Below are positions 1-8,377 of a DNA stretch of 32,000 nucleotides, one piece after another. Position 1 is the stretch's first letter. Each line of letters begins with the position of its first letter. The position numbers and the translations under genes were made by a program. The DNA comes from Pirellula sp. SH-Sr6A (GTDB lineage Bacteria; Planctomycetota; Planctomycetia; Pirellulales; Pirellulaceae), in NCBI RefSeq assembly GCF_001610875.1, contig NZ_CP011272.1, positions 662,397 to 694,396 of the forward strand, in the 5' to 3' direction. Below the pieces are notes generated by a model. The model saw nothing but the letters and a program-made list of their open reading frames with translations. It was not told the DNA's origin and did no database searches.

Positions 1-6
1 AACCGT

Positions 7-1023
7 TTAACCAAACTGTTTGCCCAAAGCATTCGCAACGACTCGGCAGCGTTGCATCATGTCTTCGAACTGGGGGAAATCGAGGGATTGGTACCCATCG
101 CTCATGGCTTTCTCCGGATTCGGATGCATCTCGACAATGAGTCCATCCGCCCCGGCTGCTACGCAGGCGACCGCCATGTCGGTAACCATGTAGGAGTGTC
201 CCGTACCATGGGATGGGTCCATGATCACAGGCAAGTGCGTTTTCCGGTGGAGGTAAGGAATGGTCGCCAAGGGCAGCGTGAATCGCGTGTGCGTTTCAAA
301 CGTTCGGATTCCCCGTTCACAGAGCATGACATTGGGGTTTCCTTCATTGAGAATGTACTCCGCCGCGAGGAGCCATTCTTCCATCGACGCGCTGGGCCCT
401 CGTTTGAGGAGAACGGCGCGGCCTGACCGACCGACCGCTTCAAGCAGACGATAGTTCTGCATGTTGCGAGCCCCGATTTGCAGCACATCGGCGTACTTGG
501 CAACGAGGTCGACATCTTCCGTGCTCATGACTTCGGTGAAGATCGCCAATCCCGTTTCTTGCCGGGCCAAGGCGAGGAGCTTCAGACCTTCTTCCTTCAT
601 CCCTTGGAAGGAATATGGGCTGGTGCGCGGTTTGAATGCGCCCCCTCGAAGCCCCGTTGCGCCCGCTGCCTTCACAGCGCGTGCGCAGGCCATAATCTGC
701 TCTTCGCTTTCGACGGAGCAAGGCCCCCCGATTGCGCCAACTGCTCCTCTCCCTGCCTTGAAATCAAGGACCTGGATTTGCGACATCTCAGGACGAACTT
801 CCTTTGATGCCATCTTGTAAGGAGCCAGAATTGGGAGGACTTCCGAAACACCAGGATAACTCTCAAACGACTCGACTTTAATCTTCCGTTCATCGCCAAC
901 CGCTGCGATGACGGTGCGTTCCGTCCCTCGAATCACATGAGACTTCATCCCGAGTTCCGTGACGCGGTTGGCAATTCTTTCGATTTGCTCATCCGTGCAC
1001 GAGTTCTCCATTACGACAATCAT
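7..1023 (-). CDS. aroF: 3-deoxy-7-phosphoheptulonate (DAHP) synthase, type I-beta with N-terminal regulatory domain
   Basis: Complete 338-aa ORF (TAA at 7-9). Barrel motifs [24 protein letters not shown] and DPSHGTG are typical of the DAHPS/KDO8PS I-beta family. About 70 aa of N-terminal extension precede the barrel, as in Thermotoga-type regulated enzymes. Confidence 0.9.
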   Translation of the reverse strand: MIVVMENSCTDEQIERIANRVTELGMKSHVIRGTERTVIAAVGDERKIKVESFESYPGVSEVLPILAPYKMASKEVRPEMSQIQVLDFKAGRGAVGAIGGPCSVESEEQIMACARAVKAAGATGLRGGAFKPRTSPYSFQGMKEEGLKLLALARQETGLAIFTEVMSTEDVDLVAKYADVLQIGARNMQNYRLLEAVGRSGRAVLLKRGPSASMEEWLLAAEYILNEGNPNVMLCERGIRTFETHTRFTLPLATIPYLHRKTHLPVIMDPSHGTGHSYMVTDMAVACVAAGADGLIVEMHPNPEKAMSDGYQSLDFPQFEDMMQRCRVVANALGKQFG

Positions 1024-1074
1024 TTGAGACCTGACTTGCTAAAAACGTGTTGCAGAAAAGGGGTGAAGCGAAGG

Positions 1075-2127
1075 TTACTCGACAAACAAATAACGCCAGA
1101 CCGCTTCATGGGCGAAGGTGCCATCCGGGTTCTTGATCGCAGATTTTCCTGGTGCGGAAACCCCGTGAGCACGATCTTTGTCCCCTTTGACATCCGCGTT
1201 GGTGACCAGTTGGTGCGATCCTCCGAAAGGCGGGGGAACCTGATCGACATCCGTGATCGGTCCGAATGCATCCAAGCCTAACATTTTCCAAGATCTCGGA
1301 TAGTGATTTCCTGTCCAACCTGTGTCCAAGACGTGAGTGAACCCAAAGAAACGATCCTTGGGAGTCGCGGATGGGAGCGCGTACCAATTCTCATTTTGGT
1401 CTCTTGGCCCGGAGAGCATGACGACTCGGTTTACCTTTTGATGAAGAGCAAATCGACACGCGGTCGTCGATCCGTGGGAAGCTCCCGCGAGGATCACTCG
1501 ATCCCAACGAACATCCCCCGTGGATTTATCCAAGAAGTATCCCCACTTCCCCTCGGGATTCTTTTGATCCAACCATCGCAGCATAGATCGCGTCCGCCCC
1601 ATAATGCTATCGGGTTTCGGAATCGATACCGTTTCGCTCACATCCTCGCCGATGGCGGCTTCCAAGCGAATCCGACCCAGGTATTTGTCATCGGGCGGCG
1701 GTTCACGATTGAGTCGTTTGAACCAGCCATTGGCGTAATGAACTTGGATCGCGTGATGACCATAACTATTGAGACGCTCAAACAACGGAGCATTGTAGCC
1801 CATCAACCAAATCACCAATTTGCCGGTCGGCTTCACACGTGTGTCGACCGATGCATTCTCGAAATCGGCTGGCTTCCCATCCTTTTCAAAGAAGTGATCG
1901 ATTTCCGGATGGGCTTTCGCCTCCGGGTCGACCTCGCTCGACCGAACTTTCCATTGATACAGCTTTCCTTCCTGTGGATTGTCAAAAGCCAACGACTCTT
2001 GACCGAACGAGACCGCGCAGAGCGCTACGAAAGCTCCAACAAATCCCGTAGCACGCAACGCGCACACCATCAAGCTTGACGTCCGGCTCAAGAGCAAGAC
2101 CTGATCGGAGAGGAACCGATTGGACAT
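1075..2127 (-). CDS. Secreted alpha/beta-hydrolase-like protein of unknown specificity
   Basis: 350-aa ORF. The hydrophobic N-terminal segment (MVCALRATGFVGAFVALCAVSFGQ) resembles a signal peptide. A nucleophile-elbow GXSXG motif (GASHG, residues 215-219, nt 1471-1485) follows a beta-strand-like VILA. No family recognised with certainty. The start could instead be Met20. Confidence 0.6.
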   Translation of the reverse strand: MSNRFLSDQVLLLSRTSSLMVCALRATGFVGAFVALCAVSFGQESLAFDNPQEGKLYQWKVRSSEVDPEAKAHPEIDHFFEKDGKPADFENASVDTRVKPTGKLVIWLMGYNAPLFERLNSYGHHAIQVHYANGWFKRLNREPPPDDKYLGRIRLEAAIGEDVSETVSIPKPDSIMGRTRSMLRWLDQKNPEGKWGYFLDKSTGDVRWDRVILAGASHGSTTACRFALHQKVNRVVMLSGPRDQNENWYALPSATPKDRFFGFTHVLDTGWTGNHYPRSWKMLGLDAFGPITDVDQVPPPFGGSHQLVTNADVKGDKDRAHGVSAPGKSAIKNPDGTFAHEAVWRYLFVE

Positions 2128-2176
2128 TCAACTTAACCTTTACAAGTGAGATGCGACTATTTTGTGGCTCTGTTCC

Positions 2177-2776
2177 TTATCGCCCGATAAGCGACAGGAC
2201 GGCTCCAAACAAGCCTAACAGCAAGAAGAAGATCAGTATACCTACGAGAATGCGGACAATGATCGATGACTTGTATTTGATATGCGGCGTTTGTTCGATC
2301 ACGGCTCGGTATTGGGGCGAGAAAACAAACTCCCCTTTGGCGGAAAGCATTAGGTAGAGGACGTATCCACCGATCAGGGTTCCAAGCGGAAAGCCGAGCA
2401 ATCCAATTCCCGCGATCACGCTTGCTGCGATCCGGCTGTAAGGACGTAGCCTTCGCAATCCATAGGCGGTCCACAGTTGCACACCCGTCAGCGTGAGTAC
2501 GAAGAGACTGAACACCCACATGGTGACAGCGAAGATCATCCGTTCATTTTCGCCAGCTTGCTGTCCTGACAATCCGCCGGTGAGTGCAACGAATCCTATC
2601 CCCAGATAGAGAACGCCAGCCAACAAACCAAAGAAGCCACCTAAGTAGTACAAGGTCCCGATCGATTTCACGGAGGCTTCATGATTCAGATACATTCGGC
2701 GCACGCTCTCGGCATCCCCGACAGTCGGGCCGGTCATGTATTCGGTGGATTGCACAGCGTAGGGGTTTGAACTCAT
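2177..2776 (-). CDS. Polytopic membrane protein (about 5 TM), unknown function
   Basis: The ORF track gives 2177-2845. I trimmed it to the ATG at 2774-2776 (MSSNPYAVQSTEY...) because the first 23 codons look non-native. Several long hydrophobic segments are present (GGFFGLLAGVLYLGIGFVAL, VTMWVFSLFVLTL, VIAGIGLLGFPLGTLIGGYVLYL, IIVRILVGILIFFLLLGLFGAVL). No catalytic motif recognised. Confidence 0.6.
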   Translation of the reverse strand: MSSNPYAVQSTEYMTGPTVGDAESVRRMYLNHEASVKSIGTLYYLGGFFGLLAGVLYLGIGFVALTGGLSGQQAGENERMIFAVTMWVFSLFVLTLTGVQLWTAYGLRRLRPYSRIAASVIAGIGLLGFPLGTLIGGYVLYLMLSAKGEFVFSPQYRAVIEQTPHIKYKSSIIVRILVGILIFFLLLGLFGAVLSLIGR

Positions 2777-2912
2777 TGGTTTCTCACGGGCTTTCAAGGC
2801 GAAAAGTGATCGAGAAAGAGGGACGATTTGCAAATCATACACCATTTTTTGCGCTCGGTTTCATCCGAATGCTTGTTCCGCATCGAGACGGACTATTGCG
2901 GTCTCCCCCCCT

Positions 2913-3674
2913 TTATTCTTCCCGTTTTGGTTGCCGAATGAACATCGGTTTGCGGGCTGCTTCCTCTCGTATCGCTTCGACCGAAAGGGTTCCGCTGCGC
3001 GAGGAATGGGTCTCGGGTCCCCCTCGCCTTTCGGACTCCTCTCGGGTGCGAATCGAAGCGGGCTCGGTCGGAATAGTGGAGCTCAATAACGAGGGAATCC
3101 CAGCTCCTCTTTCTTCTCGCATGTCCAGACGCGGGGGTTCATACGCATGGTCTGGCCATTGGCCGGCCTGCGATGTCCCACGGCTGGGTTGGGGGGAAGA
3201 CGTTAGCATTCCGGTTCCCGATCGATTTTCTTTTCCGCTGACCCACGGTTCAGGAGGACGAGAGAGGTCGCGACTCAAATCCCCTCCGATCGGAGCGATC
3301 GTGGGAAGAGATGGAATTGGTTCCGTTGCCGCCAGTTCGCCCAAGTTCTTTTTGTAGGAAGGGACGGGCAGAAGTCCGTTCCTCGCCGACGGGATTAATT
3401 CACCCGACGCATTGGATAAGGTGTTACCTGTTCCCTGCAAGGTCGTGTCGACATCCAGCGCTGGCCTGACCAACTCGGCTTCATCCCATACATCTGGAGA
3501 GGGTGTGTGATCCCAGTTCGAGTAAGCCGCTTGGCCTGCATCCGGGGGAAGAGGCTTATACCAATACCAAGTACTGAACGAACCGGCAGCCACAATAAGT
3601 ATGCCGAGCGTCCAAGGCTTGCGCGGCGGGACATCTACATGAGGTGGTGCTGGGGGTGATTTCTTTCGGCTCAT
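2913..3674 (-). CDS. Proline-rich bitopic membrane protein, unknown function
   Basis: ORF 2913-3734, with the preferred start at ATG 3672-3674 (MSRKKSPPAPPHVDVPPRKPW). One TM follows (TLGILIVAAGSFSTWYWY). The rest is a long Pro/Ser/Thr/Gly/Glu-rich, low-complexity region. The topology is TonB-like, but I see no TonB C-terminal domain signature. Confidence 0.5.
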   Translation of the reverse strand: MSRKKSPPAPPHVDVPPRKPWTLGILIVAAGSFSTWYWYKPLPPDAGQAAYSNWDHTPSPDVWDEAELVRPALDVDTTLQGTGNTLSNASGELIPSARNGLLPVPSYKKNLGELAATEPIPSLPTIAPIGGDLSRDLSRPPEPWVSGKENRSGTGMLTSSPQPSRGTSQAGQWPDHAYEPPRLDMREERGAGIPSLLSSTIPTEPASIRTREESERRGGPETHSSRSGTLSVEAIREEAARKPMFIRQPKREE

Positions 3675-3824
3675 AGCGCATGGATCCTCATAGAAGTGAG
3701 TCGCTACATCCATGCAGCAGGTCGACAATTTCACATCGTCGACATCGACTTGAGCCCCTGCACCACTTCAAAAAAAGAGAAAAGGTGGGTTTGCAACGAT
3801 TGAACCGAAAAGATCGGCATCGAA

Positions 3825-4751
3825 TCAGGGGGCGCGAGGAGGCGAAACAGGTCGAGGGGCCGCACCTGGCAACCGGCGTCGCACCGACGCGAATACATGC
3901 TGGGCGGAGTAGGCAAGCTCCGAGATGATCTCATCGATCTTGTTTCTAAAAATAGCAAAGGCCCCCATCGCGGGAATCGCAATGGAGAGTCCCGCGACAG
4001 TCGTCACCAGCGCGGAGTAAATACCGCTCGCCAAATCTGCAGCCCCAGCCGAACCTGCGGAAATAGCGACTTCCCGAAACGCGAGAATCATCCCTGTGAC
4101 CGTGCCGAGCAACCCGAGCATGGGTGCTAAGTTTCCGATGACGGTCAAGTACTCGAGCTTGCGATACAAGCGAGCGGCTTGCTCGGCCGTCGAGTCCTCC
4201 AACGCTTTTTCCACGGCGGGCCACCCGAATTCGATTTCAGCAATCCCGTTAAGCAAGACAAACGACAGGGGACAAGGTCGTTCGCGACAAAGTTGATCGG
4301 CCTCTTTCAGTTTCCCTTGCGCGAGCAGTGTTCGAACGGATTCCGTTAAATCGGCAGGAATCAAATCCTTGCGACGAAGCCCGAGCGCTTGATCGACGAC
4401 GAGATAGACCGAAACGACCGAAAGAACGATCAGGATCACCATGATCGTGATTCCCATGATCCCGCCGCTGAAGATGATCTCCATCAAGCTGTCGTCGGCC
4501 GCATTGGGCTTGGACGGAGAACTTGCACCCGCTGGAGTCGGAGCGTTGCTAGCTGGCGTCGCCCCGGTTGGGAGATTCGTGGAGGGGGGATTCGTGGCGG
4601 TCGCTGACGTTTGTCCGAAGAGAGGCGTTTTGAATACCAACACACACAGCAGCACTGTCAAGGCAGCCAAGACATAGGTGCCCCAGCGCAGAAGGAATAC
4701 AAACCGCAGCAAGGAACTAGACGAAAGAGATGGCTGCGGTTTGAAATTCAC
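3825..4751 (-). CDS. MotA/TolQ/ExbB-family proton-channel (stator) protein with N-terminal extension
   Basis: The C-terminal 220 aa have the family architecture: TM1 IMGITIMVILIVLSVVSVYLVV, then NLAPMLGLLGTVTGMILAF and IYSALVTTVAGLSIAIPAMGAFAIFRN. The N-terminal 89 aa contain a hydrophobic segment plus a Pro/Thr/Ala/Ser linker. The GTG start at 4749-4751 overlaps the upstream TGA (GTGA). An alternative start is Met90 (ATG at 4482-4484). Confidence 0.8.
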   Translation of the reverse strand: MNFKPQPSLSSSSLLRFVFLLRWGTYVLAALTVLLCVLVFKTPLFGQTSATATNPPSTNLPTGATPASNAPTPAGASSPSKPNAADDSLMEIIFSGGIMGITIMVILIVLSVVSVYLVVDQALGLRRKDLIPADLTESVRTLLAQGKLKEADQLCRERPCPLSFVLLNGIAEIEFGWPAVEKALEDSTAEQAARLYRKLEYLTVIGNLAPMLGLLGTVTGMILAFREVAISAGSAGAADLASGIYSALVTTVAGLSIAIPAMGAFAIFRNKIDEIISELAYSAQHVFASVRRRLPGAAPRPVSPPRAP

Positions 4752-5890
4752 GGTCCTAATTTCCTGCTTAGGTCTTGGATGCGTTCTGCGTCTTGCGATC
4801 GGTTGGTGGATTGTACTAATTGTTGGGCTTGAGCGAGAGCCGGCTTAGCGAGATAAGGCTTTTCGGGATGCAAAATGCCGACGCGGAGGAACTCCTCCAA
4901 TGCTCTTGGCGAATCCCCAGATCGCAATAGTTTCTCTGCCATCAAAAAAGTGGGACCGGCTTGAAAGGGGAGAGGCATCGAATCGCGAAGTCCGGTCCAT
5001 TGCCCTAGTCGCTCGGCGGAGAGCTCTTTGGGCGCGTACGTTTTCCAAAGCTGTGCCGCGGCGTAGTTTCCGAGGACACTTTTATCAGGAGACTGCGATA
5101 GGCGTTGCAGGGTTCTTACCGCCTCATCGCGTCGATCCGAATCGAGCAGCCACGCCGCACCCATCAGTTGTAACGGGGGCCGAGCGTCCTCGAGCCATCC
5201 CACCGCCAGTTCCTGCACTTTCGCGCGGTCCTTGATCTCCGCCGAAGTCGCTGTCCAAGGAATTGGCATAGCAGTCAGGAGCAGCGGAGGAGGCTGGTCC
5301 TTTGCCAAGGCTGCGTATAGCAAACAAGCCCTTTCCCAACGATTCATGGCGATAGAGCACTCTACCAGCTCGGCGATCAAGACCCGTTGTTGCCAGCGCG
5401 GGGTTCCCGGTTGCTCCGATTTCTGCCCTAGCAGACGCCCTCCCTTCGCGATCGCGTCCGCGAACCGGCCGGCCATAAAGTCAGCGTGTAGGGTCGCGGC
5501 AAGGTCATTTTCCCATTTCGGTTCGATTCGCACGACATTGGGAGAGGGCAGAACGACTTTATCTAACGAATCGCGTCGCACGACGATGAGATCTTTGTCG
5601 TTCCAATCGAGCACCACGGCGTTTTCGACCGTCACGTCTGGAGAATTCCACTGTTTCAGCGACGAGTCGAGCGATTCGATACGATGAATGGTGCTCGGTC
5701 CTTGGAAACGAGCAACGGCTTGACGGTACAACTCGCTGGAATCGAGAGCCGTAGAATCTTCCCCCCGCGACTCCAAAACTTGATTTTTGGGACTCGTGGA
5801 TTCTTGAGCCCGTGCGTCAGACCCGCGGAAAGGGATCCCCGCCAAGGCGACGAGGAAACTCAAAAAGAAAGGTGAAACTCGGAGCATCAT
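4748..5890 (-). CDS. Secreted helical-repeat (TPR-like?) protein, unknown function
   Basis: 380-aa ORF with a signal-peptide-like N-terminus (MMLRVSPFFLSFLVALAGIPFRGSDARAQ). The C-terminal two thirds are rich in Leu/Ala/Arg/Trp helices. Its stop overlaps the start of the ExbB-like gene by 4 nt. Confidence 0.6.
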   Translation of the reverse strand: MMLRVSPFFLSFLVALAGIPFRGSDARAQESTSPKNQVLESRGEDSTALDSSELYRQAVARFQGPSTIHRIESLDSSLKQWNSPDVTVENAVVLDWNDKDLIVVRRDSLDKVVLPSPNVVRIEPKWENDLAATLHADFMAGRFADAIAKGGRLLGQKSEQPGTPRWQQRVLIAELVECSIAMNRWERACLLYAALAKDQPPPLLLTAMPIPWTATSAEIKDRAKVQELAVGWLEDARPPLQLMGAAWLLDSDRRDEAVRTLQRLSQSPDKSVLGNYAAAQLWKTYAPKELSAERLGQWTGLRDSMPLPFQAGPTFLMAEKLLRSGDSPRALEEFLRVGILHPEKPYLAKPALAQAQQLVQSTNRSQDAERIQDLSRKLGP

Positions 5891-5961
5891 AGGTTTACGA
5901 GTTGGCCGATTCCGAAAACAATCTTTAGCCTACCTGATCCTAACTCCTTTCACTACACCGT

Positions 5962-6552
5962 ATGTCGAAACTACAGCTCGTCACTTATCCGCATCCGATC
6001 CTTCGGCACCGCTCGAAACCGATTCAACGGGTGGATGCTCAGTTTAAAGATCTGATCGAGCAGATGTTCGAAATCATGTATGAGTTCAAAGGCGTTGGTC
6101 TAGCCGCCAACCAAGTGAACTTGCCCATCCGAGTTTTCATCGCGAATCCGACCGGGGATCCCGATGAAAAAGATCAGGAGATGGTATTCATCAATCCGGT
6201 GATCAACAAACCAAAAGGGAGTGTCGAAGCCGAAGAGGGATGCCTGTCGCTCCCCGGCATCAACGCGCAGGTCAAGCGCAGTAAATCCTTGCAGGTCAAT
6301 GCGTATGATCTCTCCGGCAACGAGATCGCAGGAGAAGTCGATGGGTTTCTCGCTCGAATCATTCAGCATGAACTCGATCATCTCGACGGCATGCTCTTCA
6401 TCGACCGATTGGCGGACGAAACCCTTCGCCCTCTGATCGAGGATATCGCTAAACTGGAGCGCCGTTTCATCGAGGGGCGCGAACTCCATCAGATTCCCAA
6501 CGATGGTGAACTTGCGGAAGAACGCACCCAATGGGAAAGCAAATACTGCTAG
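5962..6552 (+). CDS. def: Peptide deformylase
   Basis: 196 aa with all three PDF motifs: GVGLAANQV, EGCLSLPG and QHELDHLDG. Confidence 0.95.
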   Translation: MSKLQLVTYPHPILRHRSKPIQRVDAQFKDLIEQMFEIMYEFKGVGLAANQVNLPIRVFIANPTGDPDEKDQEMVFINPVINKPKGSVEAEEGCLSLPGINAQVKRSKSLQVNAYDLSGNEIAGEVDGFLARIIQHELDHLDGMLFIDRLADETLRPLIEDIAKLERRFIEGRELHQIPNDGELAEERTQWESKYC

Positions 6553-6642
6553 GCCCATCGTAAGTCGCATCGCCGACAACTTCTGCTATATTGCGATGTT
6601 CCAATTCATTTGCCAATAGTGGCCAATTGTGAGAGTACAACT

Positions 6643-7521
6643 ATGCGATGGGAAGGCCGGGAAGAATCGAGCAATATCGAAGACCGTAGGGGCATGGCAT
6701 TGCCTGCCGGCGGGATGGCATTGGGTGGAGGTCTCGGATCGGTGGTCCTGCTGATTATCCTCATGTTGCTCGGAGCCAATCCGCAGCAGATCATCGAGCA
6801 AGCCGGCGACCGACCTGCATTCCAAGACAATACAGCGCCCCCGCTCTCACCCGAATCGGACAAAGATGCCGATCTGAAGCGGTTCGTCTCGGTCGTCATG
6901 AAAGATACCGAGGATGTGTGGAACAAACTCTTTAAGGAACAGTTGGGGGCACGCTATCAGGAGCCCAAGCTCGTCCTCTTCACCGGTGCTGTTCGATCGG
7001 CTTGCGGCGTCGCTTCCTCGCAAGTCGGACCCTTCTATTGCCCCGGGGACAATAACGTCTATTTGGATTTTGATTTCTTTCGACAGCTCAAAAACGAGCT
7101 GGGAGCACCGGGTGATTTCGCCATGGCCTATGTCATCGCCCACGAAGTCGCTCACCACGTTCAAAACCAGCTTGGTATTTCGAACAAGGTTCGGCAGTTG
7201 GAAGCTCGGGGGAGTAAAGAAGAAGCCAATCAACTCAGCGTTCGCCTCGAATTGCAAGCGGATTATTTGGCTGGCGTATGGGTGCATCACGCCCAGATGA
7301 ACAAACGGATCTTGGAAAAAGGTGACTTGGAGGAGGCCCTCCATGCAGCCAGTCGCATCGGCGATGACTTCCTACAAAAACGAGCCAAAGGCTACGTCTC
7401 CGAAGAATCCTTCACACACGGTACGTCCGAACAGCGGGTCAACTATCTTAGAAAAGGGATTGAGACCGGGGATCTCCAAGGGATGATGAAGCTTTTTGAA
7501 ACCTCGTACGGATCCCTGTAA
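6643..7521 (+). CDS. ypfJ: YpfJ-family neutral zinc metallopeptidase (putative)
   Basis: Trimmed from ORF 6610-7521 to MRWEGREESSNIEDRRG, the characteristic N-terminus of this family. A TM segment follows (GGGLGSVVLLIILMLLG), then FYCPGD and an HExxH motif (IAHEVAHHVQ). Confidence 0.85.
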   Translation: MRWEGREESSNIEDRRGMALPAGGMALGGGLGSVVLLIILMLLGANPQQIIEQAGDRPAFQDNTAPPLSPESDKDADLKRFVSVVMKDTEDVWNKLFKEQLGARYQEPKLVLFTGAVRSACGVASSQVGPFYCPGDNNVYLDFDFFRQLKNELGAPGDFAMAYVIAHEVAHHVQNQLGISNKVRQLEARGSKEEANQLSVRLELQADYLAGVWVHHAQMNKRILEKGDLEEALHAASRIGDDFLQKRAKGYVSEESFTHGTSEQRVNYLRKGIETGDLQGMMKLFETSYGSL

Positions 7522-7553
7522 TCCCTTATCCCGATCGCCTTACCGAGCAATCT

Positions 7554-8300
7554 ATGGCCGTTCGCCTGCCTGTTGTACTCTGCCAGCACCCCCGACGATC
7601 AGGGGCCCACTCGGAGCACGAGGAAACCTGGATCACGCGACTCCTTTTCGAAGAGCGACTCGATGCGACCCTGATCGCCGATTTGGGAACCATCCCGCGT
7701 GACTCGACCGATCAACTTTGTTTGGAGGGATTCAAGGGTGGTTTTCTTTTGTTGTCGTGGCAGTCTGCAGAATCCGTCGCCGAGCACTTGCAGCGACTAG
7801 GAATCGTACCAATCGATCTCATCCCGGTTGGAGGGGGTCCGAAAATCGCGATCGCGATGGAGCCATCGCAATCCGAGTCCCCTCCCACGCTGGCATTGCT
7901 TCGTGAAACTCCTTCTTCAAAGCGAGTTTACTACATGCACCTCGATCTCCAGCGGTCGATCGACGCGGGGGTTCGAGAGCTCCGAGGATTGCTGTCATCC
8001 CTGTCCACTCCAGTATTTCAGCTTCAGTCACTTGCTCCTGGTGCGCGCGGAGGAGCAGGAGTAAAAACGACAGCGGTTCCGACTCCGACGCAGGAGTTGG
8101 ACAATCCAGCCGTTCGGGTCGTGCAATCTGTCTTGACTCCACAAAGGGAACCGAGTCAGATCCCCCCCGCCGCGCCAATAGGTGCCTTTTCCGTAGCCCC
8201 TCCCGCGGCCAAGACAAACACGCCGGTGGTTTCCAAGATGGATGAGGACTTTCCGAACATCGATTCGTTGGTTCGAGAGCTCGACGAATTCGATCTCTGA
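7554..8300 (+). CDS. Hypothetical protein (compact N-terminal domain, Pro/Ala/Thr-rich linker, acidic C-terminal tail)
   Basis: 248-aa ORF on the same strand as and tightly spaced with its neighbours. No motif recognised. The C-terminus is DEDFPNIDSLVRELDEFDL. Confidence 0.5.
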   Translation: MAVRLPVVLCQHPRRSGAHSEHEETWITRLLFEERLDATLIADLGTIPRDSTDQLCLEGFKGGFLLLSWQSAESVAEHLQRLGIVPIDLIPVGGGPKIAIAMEPSQSESPPTLALLRETPSSKRVYYMHLDLQRSIDAGVRELRGLLSSLSTPVFQLQSLAPGARGGAGVKTTAVPTPTQELDNPAVRVVQSVLTPQREPSQIPPAAPIGAFSVAPPAAKTNTPVVSKMDEDFPNIDSLVRELDEFDL

Positions 8301-8377
8301 CCACCCTCACTTAGCCCTACAATTCTCTTCCTCTCATCTAGATCTGTTCTACCCACTTAGAAAAAGGAGTGTCGCTC

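Noticed and set aside
1303-2079. Other long antisense or overlapping ORFs (1303-2079 +, 2584-3357 +, 9065-9775 -, 14395-14949 -, 15048-15791 -, 28488-29138 -, 30808-31515 +, 10618-11085 -)
   Set aside because: Each lies opposite or out of frame to a gene with strong family motifs or a signal peptide. Their translations are low-complexity (Arg/Ser/Pro/Gly-rich), and none has its own plausible start context.
2913-3674. Calling the Pro-rich bitopic protein TonB
   Set aside because: Topology and Pro-richness fit. However, the C-terminal 90 aa (…SIRTREESERRGGPETHSSRSGTLSVEAIREEAARKPMFIRQPKREE) show none of the TonB C-terminal domain pattern I know. It is kept as unknown.
6610-6642. N-terminal extensions offered by the ORF track (6610, 10708, 25421, 27678, 30799, 2845, 3734, 31701)
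   Set aside because: The extended residues precede clean signal peptides or family-typical N-termini, or overlap the upstream gene (25421 overlaps the DnaA-like CDS by 89 nt). Internal ATGs give canonical N-termini. These remain alternatives, not separate features.
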